DNA of 64,000 bases from Somniosus microcephalus (Eukaryota), in assembly GCA_052327205.1 (NCBI GenBank), contig CM126208.1, positions 255,998,001 through 256,062,000 of the forward strand, written 5' to 3'. How positions within the stretch are numbered: position 1 is the stretch's first letter; each line of letters starts with the position of its first letter. The translations under genes were made by a program, and so were the position numbers. The notes beneath the pieces are model-generated. The model made no database searches and had not been told where the DNA came from. It saw only the letters and a program-made list of their open reading frames with translations. Shown here piece by piece: positions 38,155-51,200 of the stretch.

Positions 38155-38367
38155 CCTAGCCAATCAAGCACTTTTGCCTCGCAGCTTCTTACCTGAGCAT
38201 CGACAATGGCCAAGAACCAACGGATTCCTAGCAATTTGACCACCATACTGACAATTGCAAGTAATCCTAAGCCCTCAATGTGGAAGTCCCATTCGCAAAA
38301 TGAAACACGCCACAACTACAGCAGTAGCCATCAGATTTTTTATTTATAGTAATCATCTGATGGCTTT

Positions 38368-40305
38368 TTAACATAAAACATCAAGTGACTTACCCTTGTG
38401 ACTATTTGTGCAGTATCTTTCTCTTACGCGTGCTCTCCTACATGGTGCTTCCCCTGTGGCTTCAGCAGATGTGGAGTCCCCTTGCTCAGTTTCTTGCTGC
38501 TCCTGTCTCGACACCTTTGGCGGGCGTCCTCTGGGGTTGCGAACCTGTGAGGGCTCGTCAACAGTCTGCTGCTCCTGCGGCTGTGCAGGGGTTGAGACGC
38601 CGACCTCAGTTGGGTGTGGACTCTGGTGGGGCTCTGACCGAGGGCTCTGCAGTGGCATGGAAGTGTGAGTGCTTGGAGAGGAGCCCCCACTTCCTTGATG
38701 TTTGCCAGCAACTTCCCTCTCATGGGTCAGGTCCCCCTCAGCGCTTGCAAGTGGCTTGAGAGCACCTTGCTGCACATCAGGGGGGCCATGGGGACCCGTA
38801 TCTGCACTGGCAGTCCTACTCAGAAGGACTTCCATGAAGGTCTGGTTTCTCTGTTCAATAGATGACCATCGCTCCTCCAGAGATGTCATTCTATTCAGAA
38901 CACTCACCATGTTATCTGCACTCTGGTGACTTATCACCTCCATGGAGGTTGCCATACTTTCCATGGTGATGCGTTCATGCGCCAATGATTCCACAAAGGC
39001 TCTGCTCATGCTCGCAATGGACTCCTCCATTCGCTCCACACTCGCAGTGACCCTGGAGACAAAACCTGCCAGAGACTCCTGCATCTGTTCCTGGAGTTTC
39101 AGCACCGCTGATCTTATGGATGGACCCAGAGGCAGAGGGTCGACATGCAGCTGAGCCGAGCTGGCAGAATCCTGCGCCCTCCGACTAGGACTCTCCCTGT
39201 CTCCACAATCTGCTGATGCTCACTTGTGAACTGTGATACACCAGGTGACAACACTACTCTATCTCGCAATGTTCCCTCCGAGGTGTGAGTGTCTGCGCTG
39301 GTGCTGGGTGCGGTGAATTCTGCTGACACTGTGCCCTCAGAGGTTGCAGCTTCCTCTGAGGAGTCTTGAGGCTCATGCTCTTCCTCCTGGCTAATGGGGA
39401 CTGGTGCTTGCAATGGTCCTGTGGGGGAGTAAAGGAAAGAGTCAGAGATGTGAGGCCAAGGTTACATGCACATTGCATATTGTAGATGATCATAAGTCCA
39501 GCTGTTAGAGCTTCAGAATAATTATCAGTGACTCATGCAATGTCATTGAGAGAGATGGAAAACTATTCGGTCACCAGCTTGCTGTGATGCGCCCATCTGT
39601 CTGTCCCCCACTTGGGAATCTTCCTCCACTCCCACGATCTCCAGGACCGTCTCCTCCCAGGGGGTAAACTGAGGGCGGCCCTCCTCCTGTCCTCGCTCTT
39701 TCCCTCTTATTGTGAGCTCTCCTTTCCTGCAATGAGGGAGACAAGTGGAGTTTGAGTGAGAATGAATGAGTGAGTGTAGAGAATCCATAGCATAAGTGCT
39801 TAGGAGGAGACAAAGATGGAGTGAGGTGGCAAGATCAAGGCCCCCCCCTGTGTGTTGTAAGTTGTAATTGCATTACAGTGATAGGGAGTGTGAGGGCTGC
39901 ATAATCAAATAGTTAGGTGAATGTGACCATAGAGAGAGAGGGAATGGGTAAGGGTGCATGGATGTCAGTGTCAAGTGGGATGTGGAGGAAGAGATTGCTA
40001 AAGCTGAGTGCTGGTGAGGAGAGGCAATGGGGATCAGATTGAGGGTGATGGGAAATTCATACTCACTTTTCCAGTGCGCAGAAGGTCATGAAACCTGCTC
40101 CTGCACTGAAGCCAGGTTCTGCAGGTTATTGACAAAGAGTTGACCTCCTCTGCCACCTGGATCCACACAGCCTTGGTTTGCTGGGAGGCTTCTTCCTCCC
40201 TGAAGAAGGGAAGAGCACCTCTTTATTTGCTCTTGCTCTCCCTACTAAAGCCTGCAGGGCAACGTCATCAAAGTGGGGTGCAGACCTAGGTCTCTGGCTG
40301 GACAT
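38368..40305 (-). pseudogene. Harbinger Myb/SANT-like DNA-binding protein, spliced and disrupted
   Basis: Exon 1 MSSQRPRSAPHFDDVALQALV (40305-40067, donor gtgagt); exon 2 ERRAHNKRERARTGGGPP after a cag at 39727; exon 3 low-complexity/coiled coil from about 39417. Confidence 0.8.
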
Positions 40306-40755
40306 TCTTCCTGCAGGTGCCTCTAACATGCAAGGGCAAAAGCTTGGCAGTCTGCAGAAGAAGCAAGGCTTGTTGCAGACCTTAAATGCAACAGCAATGA
40401 TGACGTCATTGGAGGCGACTTTCAGACTGGAAAAACTCATTGGCCATGGGTTCCCACACGCTGGAACTCAATTGGCCAATTAAGTTAAAATGGCACTATT
40501 TTCCCACATCGATTTAGAATCGGGTGGCTAACACGAAATGCGGATTACATGACCCCAGCCCGCCCCAGTATCACAATCCAGCCAAAGCCTTCAGGCTTGT
40601 TTTTTTAACACTCTTAGTCGTTTTGGAATTATTATTTACTGTGGCCCTGTTTGATTTACACCCTTGATTTCTCTGCCTTCCACTTTTGCTTTTCTCCATC
40701 CTGTCTTTTGCTTCTCTCCTTGTCTCCCTGCACAGGTTCCCAACCCCCTGCCATT

Positions 40756-41705
40756 TTAGTTTAAACCCTCCCCAACAGCACTAGCAAACACTCCCCCTGG
40801 GACATCAGTCCCGGTCCTGCCCAGCTGCAAACCGTCCAGTTTGTACTGGTCCCACCTCTCCCAGAACCGGTTCCAATGTCCCAGGAATTTGAATCCCTCC
40901 CCCTTGCACCATTCCTCTAGCCACATATTCATCTGACATATCCTTCTATTTCTACTCTGACTAGCACGTGGCACCGGTAGCAATCCTGAGATTACTACCT
41001 TTGAGGTCCTATTTTTTAATTTACCTCCTAACTCCCTATATTCAGCTTTTAGGACCTCATCCGTTTTTTTACCTATATCGTTGGTACCTATATGCACCAC
41101 GACAACTGACTGTTCACCCTCCCCCTCCAGAATGCCCTGCAGCCGCTCCGAGAAATCCTTGACCCTTGCGCCAGCGAGGCAACATACCATCCTGGAGTCT
41201 CGTTTGCAGCCGCAGGAACGCCTATCTATTCCCCTTACAATAGAATTCCCTATCACTATAGCTCTCCCGCTCTTTTTCTTCCCGTCCTGTGTAGCAGAAC
41301 CACCCATGGTGCCAGGAAGTTGGCTACTGCTGCCTTCCCGTGATAAGCCATCTCCCCAACAGTATCCAAAGCGGTATATCTGTTTGAGAGGGGGATGGCC
41401 ACAGGGCACCCCTGCTCCACCTGCCTGTGCCTACTACTCTGCCTGGCAGTCACCCATTCCCTTCCTGCCTGTGCAGCCTTTACCTGCGGTGTGACCAACT
41501 CCCTAGGTGTGCTATCCATGATGTCCTCAGCATCGCGAGTGCTCCAGTATGTATCCATTTGCAGCTCCAGTGCCGCAATGTGGTCTGCCAGTAGCTGCAG
41601 CTGGATACACTTCCCACACACATGGTCATCCGGGACACAGGAAGTGTCCCTGATTTCCCACATAGTGTTGGAGGAGCATGCCATGGGGCCGAGCTGTGCT
41701 GCCAT
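40756..41705 (-). pseudogene. CR1-C ORF1, frameshifted
   Basis: CGKC, LSNRY, IVIGNSIVRG, HIGTND, DGLQL. Confidence 0.88.
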
Positions 41706-41972
41706 GATTTACCCTTTAATTAATTCAAATTAAATTAAATCAAATCAATACCACCAATTACACTACAATTAAATGATATACTCATGGGCCCTTGTTTACT
41801 AGCACTCCCTGGTACACAACAGAGACCTTAGAAACTATAACCACAAAAATTAAGTTTGGAAAAAAGCGAGAAAGAGAGAAACACTCACCAACCAATCACT
41901 TACCTGCTTTCTGGTGATGTCACACTTCGATTACTTTTTACTTCTTTACACTCACCGGTCCGTTGTAGCCCC

Positions 41973-42645
41973 GGCTCACCTTTGAAATCTCCCGAGATTT
42001 GGTGCTCTCCAGCCGCTCTGGCTCACCTTTGAAATCTCCCGAGATTTGGTGCTCTCCAGCCGCTCTGGCTCACCTTTGAAATCTCTCGAGGTTTGGCGCT
42101 CTCCAGCCATTCTCGCTCACCTTTGAAATCTCTCGAGGTTTGGCACTCTCCAGCCGCTCTCGCTCACCTTTGAAATCTCCCGCGGTTTGGCGCTCTCCAG
42201 CCGCTCTCGCTCACCTTTGAAATCTCCCGAGGTTTGGCGCTCTCCAGCCGCTCTGGCTCACCTTTGAAATCTCCCGAGGTTTGGCGCTCCCCAGCCGCTC
42301 TCGCTCACCTTTGAAATCTCCCGAGGTTTGGCGCTCTCCAGACACTCTCGCTCACCTTTGAAATCTCCCGAGGTTTGGCGCTCTCCAGCCGCTCTCGCTC
42401 ACCTTTGAAATCTCCCGAGGTTTGGCGCTCTCCAGCTGTTCTCGCTCACCTTTGAAATCTCCCGAGGTTTGGCGCTCTCCAGCCGCTCTCGCTCACCTTT
42501 GAAATCTCCCGAGGTTTGGCGCTCTCCAGCCGCTCTCGCTCACCTTTGCAGTCTCCCGAGGTTTGGCGCTCTCCAGACACTCTCACTCACCTTTGAAATC
42601 TCCCGAGGTTTGGCGCTCTCCAGCCGCTCTTGCTCATCTTTGAAA
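41973..42645 (-). repeat. 47 bp tandem monomer x~14 (CR1-C 5' UTR)
   Basis: Plus-strand unit cgctctcgctcacctttgaaatctcccgaggtttggcgctctccagc, no spacers. Confidence 0.93.
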
Positions 42646-42651
42646 ACTTAA

Positions 42652-42987
42652 CAGCATAAGAAATTGGAGCAGGAGTAGGCCATACTGCCCCTCAAACCTG
42701 CTCCGCCATTCAATAAGATCATGACTGACCTTTGACCTCAACCCCACTTTCCCACCCAATCCCCATATTCCTTGATTCCCTTAGAGTCCAAAAGTCTATC
42801 TATCTCAGCCTTAAATACACTCAATGACTGAGCATCCACAGCCCTCTGTGGTAGAGAATTCCAAAGATTCACAACCCTCTGAGTGAAGCAATTTCTCCTC
42901 ATCTCAGTCCTAAATGGCCGACTCCTTATCCTGAGACTATGCCCCCTAGTTCTAGACTCCCCAGTCAGGGGAAACTTCCTCCCTGCA
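42652..42987 (-). mobile_element. CR1 3' fragment
   Basis: GESRTRGHSLRIR...; CR1 tail. Confidence 0.88.
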
Positions 42988-43387
42988 TGCAATTTTATTA
43001 GAAATGCATTCATTAAATTTTATTAATAAATAAATATCAAAGTTATATCATTGTAAAATTACGACAGTGTTAGCAATCAACTCTTTAGTATTGTTTGCAA
43101 GGGGTTGATGGCCTCTCGTGGATTAGTATATGGCCCACCCACCCTCTGAATCCAAGGGTGATTCACGCAGGCTTGTGCCCAACAAGAAAAAAAGACAAGA
43201 ACATTAAAATAGTGCTAGGAAAAAAAAACCTAGTGCTTTCTATTTTAAATCTCAGTACTAATTAAAGTTTACATTGGCAGAAAAGATTGAAACATTAGAC
43301 AAGTGCACACAAAAGAAAAAATAAAGAATTCAAATGTCACATGTTCTTAGCACAAAACAACATTGGAACCACTTGAAAGGGTTAGTG

Positions 43388-43580
43388 GTCTGGAATTCCC
43401 TCCCGAAACCCCTCTACCGCTCGCTCCTCCTTTAAGATGCTTCTGAAAACCTACCTCTTCAGCCAAGCTTTTGGTCACCTGTCCAAAATCTTCTTATGGG
43501 GCTCGGTGTCAAATTTTGTTTGATAACACCTTGGGACATGTTACTACATTAAAGGCACGGTAGAAATGCAAGTTGTTGTC
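43388..43580 (+). mobile_element. L2 3' fragment
   Basis: Matches 12002-12226. Confidence 0.75.
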
Positions 43581-44118
43581 ATCATAAGGACTATATCTGC
43601 CTCTTAGATTTCCGACATCACATAGGGATTGAATAGAGTGACAGGAGTGAGGTGCCTGGTTTAATATTTGAACCTGATGTCTTCCTCTTTGCCGTTCCTC
43701 CCCTGCTGAGTGCTGATTCCCCCAGCAGCCTCCATGTGTGTCTCTGGCATGGTGTTTGGATGGCCATAAAACCAGCCTTAATTTCTAACACATTGGTGAG
43801 CTTACACTCTGATCATTCGGCACAGGAGATTACAAAAGATGCAGCTATTGCTTAATTGCTTGTGGCCATATGGACTGTCATCATGAGCGACCTCTTTGAT
43901 CTCAAGCTAAGCTGTTAATTTTGTTTCCAAAACCGTCTGTTTCGAACGCCAGTGTGTGTGTATATACATATATCACTTGTGCTGTGCCAGGTTTTTTTTG
44001 CAATTGTGCCCTTGATTCGTACGCAGTGCCATTAGTTCAAAAAAAGGAAATGTGAGCCAGGAGGGGGAAAAGAGGAGGAAAAATCATTTACTGGGGACTG
44101 AGGTTACATTCACTCATT

Positions 44119-45145
44119 GGGGTAGAAATTGGCAAGTGTTGCGTCCATTTTTTTTGGGACATAAAGACGGGCGCAAAGTGAATTAATTCAGCAGTGTGAA
44201 GGCTAGCACCCAATCGGCGCAGGCGTTGGTCCCACTGCCAAACCTGTATGTTTAATACCTCTGCAGAGCTCTTATCATGATGTCTAAAGATGTTGAAGAT
44301 TCGGAGGCGTAGACAGCTGACCAAATCCAACATCAGAATGACTCTGATAGGACACTTCAGGTGCTGGATCTTCCCCAGAGCCACCTTGTACAAGAAGGAG
44401 TCATCATTCATTGGCCCATAATTTCCGATAGGACGCTTCCTGCGTGCGGATGCCTCCGATCGGAAAAACAATCTACGAACCGGACACTTCCACTCCTGGG
44501 CCTCTCCACAGTCGAAAGGCACAGGGCCCACGTATCCCAGAGGCGCAGGCAGTTCGCAAGCGTCCCTGGGATCATGTGGGCCAGGCCAGGCAATAGGAGA
44601 AGGGAATCTCCCATCATACTTTTGACAGATAGACCTGTCAAATATATGAATGGAGATCACCCCAAAAATACACTAAAACATTAAATAAATTTTAAAAAAC
44701 CATCACTTTTTAAAATGAGTTAAAATTACATTAAATTAAATATTTTAAACAAAAATTTAATTGTTTGAAAAAAATAATTAAAGTTTTTTACGGGACTAAA
44801 AATAAACTTAACTTTTTTAAAAGTATTTTAAAATTATAAATGAGTGAAATTAAAAAAAAAACTTTTTTCAACTCTTATGCTGGTAAAACAGGCCTTACGT
44901 CTGCTTTTACCAGGCGTAAGATTTCTAAGGGTTTTCAGCGGGCGGAGGTTCTGCAGAAAGCGGAACTCTCCCCCCGCAGAGGCCCTTCTCCAGGGCAGGC
45001 ATCCGATCTGTCAAGAGGATTCTTTACAGATCGGAAATGCCGGGTTTCAGCACATGTGCTTGGCATGCCTGAAACCGGCATTTCTGATGTCCCTACAGGT
45101 GAGTACACAGCCCGTACACACCCGTAGGGATCAGAATATCCGGCC
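44119..45145. mobile_element. Non-autonomous Harbinger-like element
   Basis: Ends GGGGTAGAAATT / AATATCCGGCC flanked by an ATT duplication (44116-18 and 45146-48); GC-rich subtermini around an AT-rich core. Confidence 0.6.
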
Positions 45146-46116
45146 ATTATATCGGGAAAACATGGGGAGCACATATCCTATAGACATTAGGAGTTACTAC
45201 AAGCAAAAAGCAATAAGATTGCAGGTGCTAGAAGCCTGAAACAAAAGCAGAAGATGCTGGAAACAGAGAGCGTCCATGAGGAGAAGAGATGAGTTGCTGT
45301 TTTAGATGTGGACTCTGACGCAAGGAAACTACTAGGGACTTAGTCTAAGCGTTAAACAAAGCTTTAATCAACTGTTTTACAACATGGAGGTCTAGTTGTG
45401 TCCTTCACTAGTTCCTGGTAAGAATGTCCTGCGCAAGCTGGGCCCGTGCCCGAGTATTTATGCTCTCCCTGGACGGCGCCACCCGCAGGCTGCTCAGTTG
45501 ATTCATGTCAGACTCTACGTTGAAATAGCTGTCTTTGGAACTCTCTGCCCAACCTACTGCACCTTTTTATTTAACCCCCTCCTCCTCTTTAAAAACCTCC
45601 TCAGCCAAGCTTTCAGTCACCTCTCCTAATCGTTCCATATTGGCTCATAAGGCCTGCTCCTGTTCTCCTCTGTAGAGTGTCTTGGGAAGCTTTTACCACA
45701 TGAAGTGCTTTGTAAATGCAGGCAGTTGTGGAAGACATGTCAAATCAAAAAACATTTTCCATCACTTCTTAGCCTTACATTGTTTTTTTCCGTGATGCAG
45801 GAAAACTGGCTTGCCGTTTCGATTTCTTTTTTTAATCTGTCTTGATTCCTGCAGAGGTTTGCACAGCAGTGATTTTCAAACATGTTTGTTCAGGGATCTG
45901 CTGGAAGTATTGACACACTTTTTGGGACACCCTGTCATAACTTTCTAATTAAATCGATTTTCTGTCATTATTGCAGCAATAGGCACGAGACTGATTCCTG
46001 ATAGATTATGATAAGTAACTGTACAATGCAGTGCACTGAAAATATATTTAAAATTACATTGAATTACATAGAATGTACAGTACAGCACAGAAATAGGCCA
46101 TTCGGCCCAACAGGTT

Positions 46117-46540
46117 CAAAAAAAAGAAAGACTTGCATTTATATAGCACTTTTCACAACCTCACAACATCCCAAGGCACTTGACAGCCAGTGAAGTACTT
46201 TTGAAGTGTGCTCACTGTTGTAATGTAGGAAGCACAGCAGCTAATTTGTGCACAGAAAGCTCCCACAAACAGCAATGTGATAATGACCAGATAATCCATT
46301 TTTAGTGATGTTGATTGAGGGATAAATATTGGCCAGGACACCGGGGATAACGCCACCGCTCTTCTTCGAAATAGTGCCATGGGATCTTTTATATCCACCT
46401 GTGAGAGCAGACGGAGCCTCAGTTTAACATCTCATCCAAAAGATGGCACCTCTGACAGTGCAGCACTCCCTCGGTATTGCACTAGATTTTTGTGCTCAAG
46501 TCTCTGGACCCACAACCTCCACTGAGCCACAGCTGACACA
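46117..46540 (-). mobile_element. SacSINE1-like DeuSINE inside a CR1 tail remnant
   Basis: Same family; CR1 tail pieces at 46065-46114 and 46542-46565. Confidence 0.85.
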
Positions 46541-47965
46541 TCATGCCAGTGTTTATGCTCCACACAAGTCATAGTCATAGAGTCATAACGGCACAGAAGG
46601 AGGCCATTTGGCCCATCGAGTCCATGCTGGTTCTCTGTAGAGCAATCGAGTCAGTCCCATTCCCCCACTCTATCCCCATAGCCCTGCAAGTTTATTTCCC
46701 TCAAGTGCCTATCCAGTCTCCCCTTGAAAACAGTGAGTGTCTCCGCTTCCAACATTTCCATCGGCAGCGAGTTCCAGGTCCTCGCCACTCGCTGTGTAAA
46801 AAAGTTTTTCCTCACGTCCCCCCTGTATCTCTTGACCAAAACCTTAAATCTGTGTTCCCTAGTCCTTGTACCATTAACTAGTAGGAAACGCCTTTCTCCG
46901 TCTAGTCATAATCTTGTACACCTCCATCAAAACTCCCCTCAACCTCCTTTGCTCTAATGAAAACAAATCCAGCTTCTCCAACCTGTCCTTGTAGCTAAGA
47001 TCCCCCATCCCCAGAACCATTCTGGTAAATCTCCTCTGCACTCTCTCAAGGGCCTTCACATCCTTCTTAAAGTGTGGTGACCGGTACTGGACTCAATACT
47101 CCAGTTGTGGCCTAACCAGCGCTTTAAAAAGATTCAGCATAACTTCTCTACTTTTGTACTCAATACCTCTGTTTATGAAGCCCAAGATCCCATATGCTTT
47201 GTTAACCACTCTCTCAATATGTCCTGCCACCTTCAGGGACCTATGCACATTAACTCCCAAGTCCCTCTGTCCCAGCAAACACTTTAAAACTGTGCCATTA
47301 AGTGTATATTGCCTCTCCCTGTCCCTTCTGCCAAAATGCATCACCTCACTCTTCTCTGTATTAAATTCCATCTGCCACTTGTCTACCCATTCTGCTAGCC
47401 TTTCTATGTCCTGTTGCAGTTGATTGATATCATCATCGTTTGCCACACCCCCAAGTTTGGAGTCATTGGCAAATTTAGAAATTCTACTCTGTATTCCAAT
47501 ATCCAGGTCATTAATATATACATCAAAAAAAGCAGTGGCCCCAGCACTGACCCTTGGGGAACACCACTGTCTACTATCCTCCAGTCTGAAAAACAGCTAT
47601 TTACCACAACTCGCTGTTGTCTGTCCTTAAGCCAATTCCTTATCCAATCTGCCGCTGACCCACCTATTCCATGAGCCTCAATTTTGTTAACCAGCCTTCT
47701 GTGTGGTACTTTGTCAAACGCCTTCCGAAAATCCATGTAGACAACATCCATTGCATTCCCCTCATCAATCCTCTCTGTTACGTCATCAAAAAATTCAATT
47801 AGATTAGTCAAACACGATCTGCCTTTTCCAAATCCGTGTTGGCTCTCCTTAATTAGTTTAACCCTCTCCAAATGCCCGTAAATTTTTTCCTTGATTATTG
47901 TTTCTAAAACTTTACCCACCACTAATGTTAAACTGACCGGCCTGTAGTTACTAGAATTGTCCTTA

Positions 47966-48265
47966 TGTAGGAATTAACGAATTCCTACGAATAACTGAGA
48001 TCGACGCAGGAGAGCAATTAAACAGGTCTTTACTCAAAGGAGATGCCACAGGGACTGCCTGGGCAGCCCCGTGGTTTGCGACGTGACGTCATCGCGTTTG
48101 CCCGCGTTTTCCCGCGCTCTTAAAGGGGCCACGCCCCGTACATGCAAACCCTATATACAAAACACAGTAATGCCTAACACAATGGTACAGGTTTAGGCTG
48201 GTGTTAGAACATCGTTAAAGAGAATTATATACAGTTAGCCAGAGTCATTCAGTGGTTCTGCCACA
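47966..48265 (-). repeat. Gypsy 3' LTR
   Basis: Direct repeat of 52115-52414 with about 9 substitutions by eye. Confidence 0.95.
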
Positions 48266-48299
48266 TGCGCCCCCCCAGAATTCGCTTTAACGGACAAAG

Positions 48300-51200
48300 T
48301 CAAACGGTGAGGGGGTCTGACAAGCCTGTCAGAACGACTCCTGTACTCTCGAGGCTGAGGCTGCTGGGTGGCTGGCGGTTTGGCGGGCGGTCGCACTTGA
48401 TCTGCTGTAACGACGATGGGTGGCCGACCCCGTCTTGGCGGTCGAGGTCTAAATGCGCTGGCTTTAAGCGGTCGACCGAAATGTGGTCCGGTTTGCCACC
48501 GACATCTACAGTGAAGGTTTTGTCCCCTGCTTCCAACACGCGGAAGGGACCGGTATATGGGGCCTTGAGTGGATCCCTATGTGCGTCATGGCGAACAAAA
48601 ACGTATTCCGCCTTGTGAAGCTCCGTGGGAACGTGTGACCTCTGCGGCCCGTGGTGCGAAGTGGGCACCGGTGCGAAACATCTGGCCGCCTCTTGGTGAC
48701 TAGCAAGCTGGGCAGACGCGGACCATGGCTCTGTCGATGTTGATAGGAAGTCCCCTGGGACTCGCAGCGGCTGACCATAGACAAGCTCCGCTGATGAAGA
48801 GTGAAGGTCTTCTTTGGGGGCCGTGCGAAGGCCCAATGGGACCCACGGTAGCTTGTCTGCCCATCCAGCGTCCTGGAGGCTGGCCCTCAGGGCGGCTTTC
48901 ATTGAACGGTGGAAGCGTTCGCAGAGGCCATTCGCCTGTGGGTGGTAGGCTGTGGTGCGGTGTAATTTGACACCGAGTCCTTGGGCCACTGCATTCCAGA
49001 GTTTGGAGGAGAACTGCGGTCCCCTGTCCGATGAAATATCTGCGGGCACTCCGAAATGGGCGATCCAGGAGGAAATGAACGCCCTGGTCACGTCCGCCGA
49101 AGTAGTGTATGACAGGGGGACCGCCTCTGGCCATCTGGTGGTGCGGTCAACCATGGTCAGGATGTGTGAAAAACTATGGGAGGGTGGGAGTGGTCCTACC
49201 AGGTCCACGTTGACATGGTCAAAACGTTGCTCTGGGACTGTGAAGGTGGCCAACAGAGCTTTGATGTGGCGCTGTACCTTAGCCTTTTGGCAGACCACGC
49301 AGGTGTTGGCCCAGTCGCGGACATCTTTGTGCATGCCATGCCATACGAATTTCGCTGACATCAGTTTCTGAGAGGCTTTCATTCCAGGGTGTGACAACCC
49401 ATGCATGGCGTCGAACACTTTGCAGCGCCAGATGACCGGCACGACAGGGTGAGGATCCTGTACGGAGACGTCACACAACAGCGTGGTACCTGCCGAATGG
49501 AACTTGACGTCGGCCAACTGGAGGCCAGTGATGGCCATTCTGTAAGCCTGAACCTCCGGGTCTGAGGCTTGGTCCGCTGCCATGAGGGCGTAGTCGATGC
49601 CCAAATGAACCGTATTGACGATCGCGCAGGAGAGGCAGTTTGCCACCAGGTTGTCCTTACCGGCCACGTGCCGTATATCCGTGGTGAATTCGGATATGTA
49701 GGTCAGTTGACGCTGCTGTTGGGCTGACCACGGTTCGGCGGTCTTGGACATTGCAAAGGTCAGTGGCTTATGGTCCACAAAGGCGGTGAAAGGACGTCCT
49801 TCCAGAAGGAACCGAAAATGGCAGATGGCCAGAAAAAGGGCGAGCAACTCCCGGTCGAACGTGCTGTATGCTCTCTCGTTCTGCCGTAGTTGACGGCTGA
49901 AGAATGCCAACGGCTGCCACGTCCCGTTCACCCACTGCTATTGCATGGCACCGACTGCGTAGTCCGACGCGTCGGTGGTGAGGGCGATGGTGGCTCCTGG
50001 CAGCGGGTGCGCCAGCATGGTGGCGTTGGCTAAGGCGCTTTTGGTGTCGGCGAATGCTCGGGCCATGTCATCCGTCCAGTCTACCGGGTTCTTGCCAGTC
50101 TTGCCCTTGAGGGCCTCGTACAGGGACTGCATGAGTAGTGCCGCCTTAGGCACGAAACGGTGGTAAAAGTTTACCATGCCTAGGAATTCCTGCAGGGCCT
50201 TTATGGTCTGCGGGTGTGGAAAAGATGTCACCGCCTCTACCTTCGAAGGTAAAGGAACTGCTCCCTCTGAAGTGATGCGATGCCCCATGAAGTCAATTTG
50301 GTGCAGGCCAAACTGACACTTGGCCGGGTTGATAATCAGGCCGTGTTGGCTGAGGCGTCGAAAAAGGGTGCGTAGGTGACAGGTATGTTCTTCCTTGGTA
50401 GGACTGGTAATTAGAATATCGTCCAGGTAGACGAAGAGGAACTTGAGGTCCCGCAGCACGGAGTCCATCAGGCGTTGGAAAGCCTGGGCTGCGTTCTTTA
50501 ACCCAAATGGCATCCGTAAAAACTCGAAGAGGCCGAATGGGGTGATGACTGCGGTCTTCTGGACGTCTTGTGGATGAACTGGGACCTGGTGGTAGCCCCG
50601 GACGAGGTCGACTTTTGAGAACACGGGGTGTTCCCTGCCAAATGGGCAGAGAAATCCTGGATATGGGGGATCGGGTACCGATCAGGAGTGGTGGCATTGT
50701 TTAGCCGTCGATAGTCGCCGCATGGCCGCCATCCGCTGCCAGGCTTTGGGACGATATGGAGGGGTGAAGACCAGGGACTATTCGACCGGCGAATAATCCC
50801 TAACCGTTCCATGGTTGCGAACTCCGCCTTTGCGACCGCCAGCTTGCCAGGTTCCAGGCGCCGGGCCCGCGCGTAGACCGGGGGGGCCGTTGGTGGTGAT
50901 GTGGTGTTCCACACCGTGTTTCGTGGCTGTGGAGGAGAACGTGGGTCTTGTCAGGTCGGGGAATTCGCTGAGCAGGCGAGCGAACTCATCAGGAGTCGGG
51001 AACGCACAGGAGACAGTACGTGACGTAGTGTTACTGCGGTAACACGGAAGAGAATTAAAAGTTGCTGCGTTGATCAGCCGCCAGTTCCTAACGTCGACCA
51101 GGAGGCTGTTGGTGCACAGGAAATCCGCGCCGAGGAGGGGCTGGGAAACTTTGGCCATAACAAAATCCCAGTGAAAACGTTGCCCCCCGAGGCACACCTC

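Larger units (their letters stand above)
36384..40583. mobile_element. Complete PIF/Harbinger DNA transposon (4.2 kb)
   Basis: Short TIRs (G)GGCTCGAATT / AATCCAGCC; AAA duplication (or AAAG) restores the CR1 sequence gacacaaagcc; convergent transposase and Myb/SANT genes. Confidence 0.92.
33503..42645 (-). mobile_element. CR1-C: near-full-length CR1 LINE interrupted by a Harbinger
   Basis: ORF2 fragments 33596-36382, ORF1 fragments 40756-41705, 47 bp monomer array; highly similar to CR1-B in the coding region. Confidence 0.95.

Noticed and set aside
41973-42645. CRISPR-like array next to a reverse transcriptase
   Set aside because: Units are head-to-tail with no unique spacers, there are no cas genes, and the context is a vertebrate CR1 5' UTR
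44088-44684. 190 aa and 107 aa ORFs
   Set aside because: Lie within a non-autonomous DNA element and show no transposase motifs
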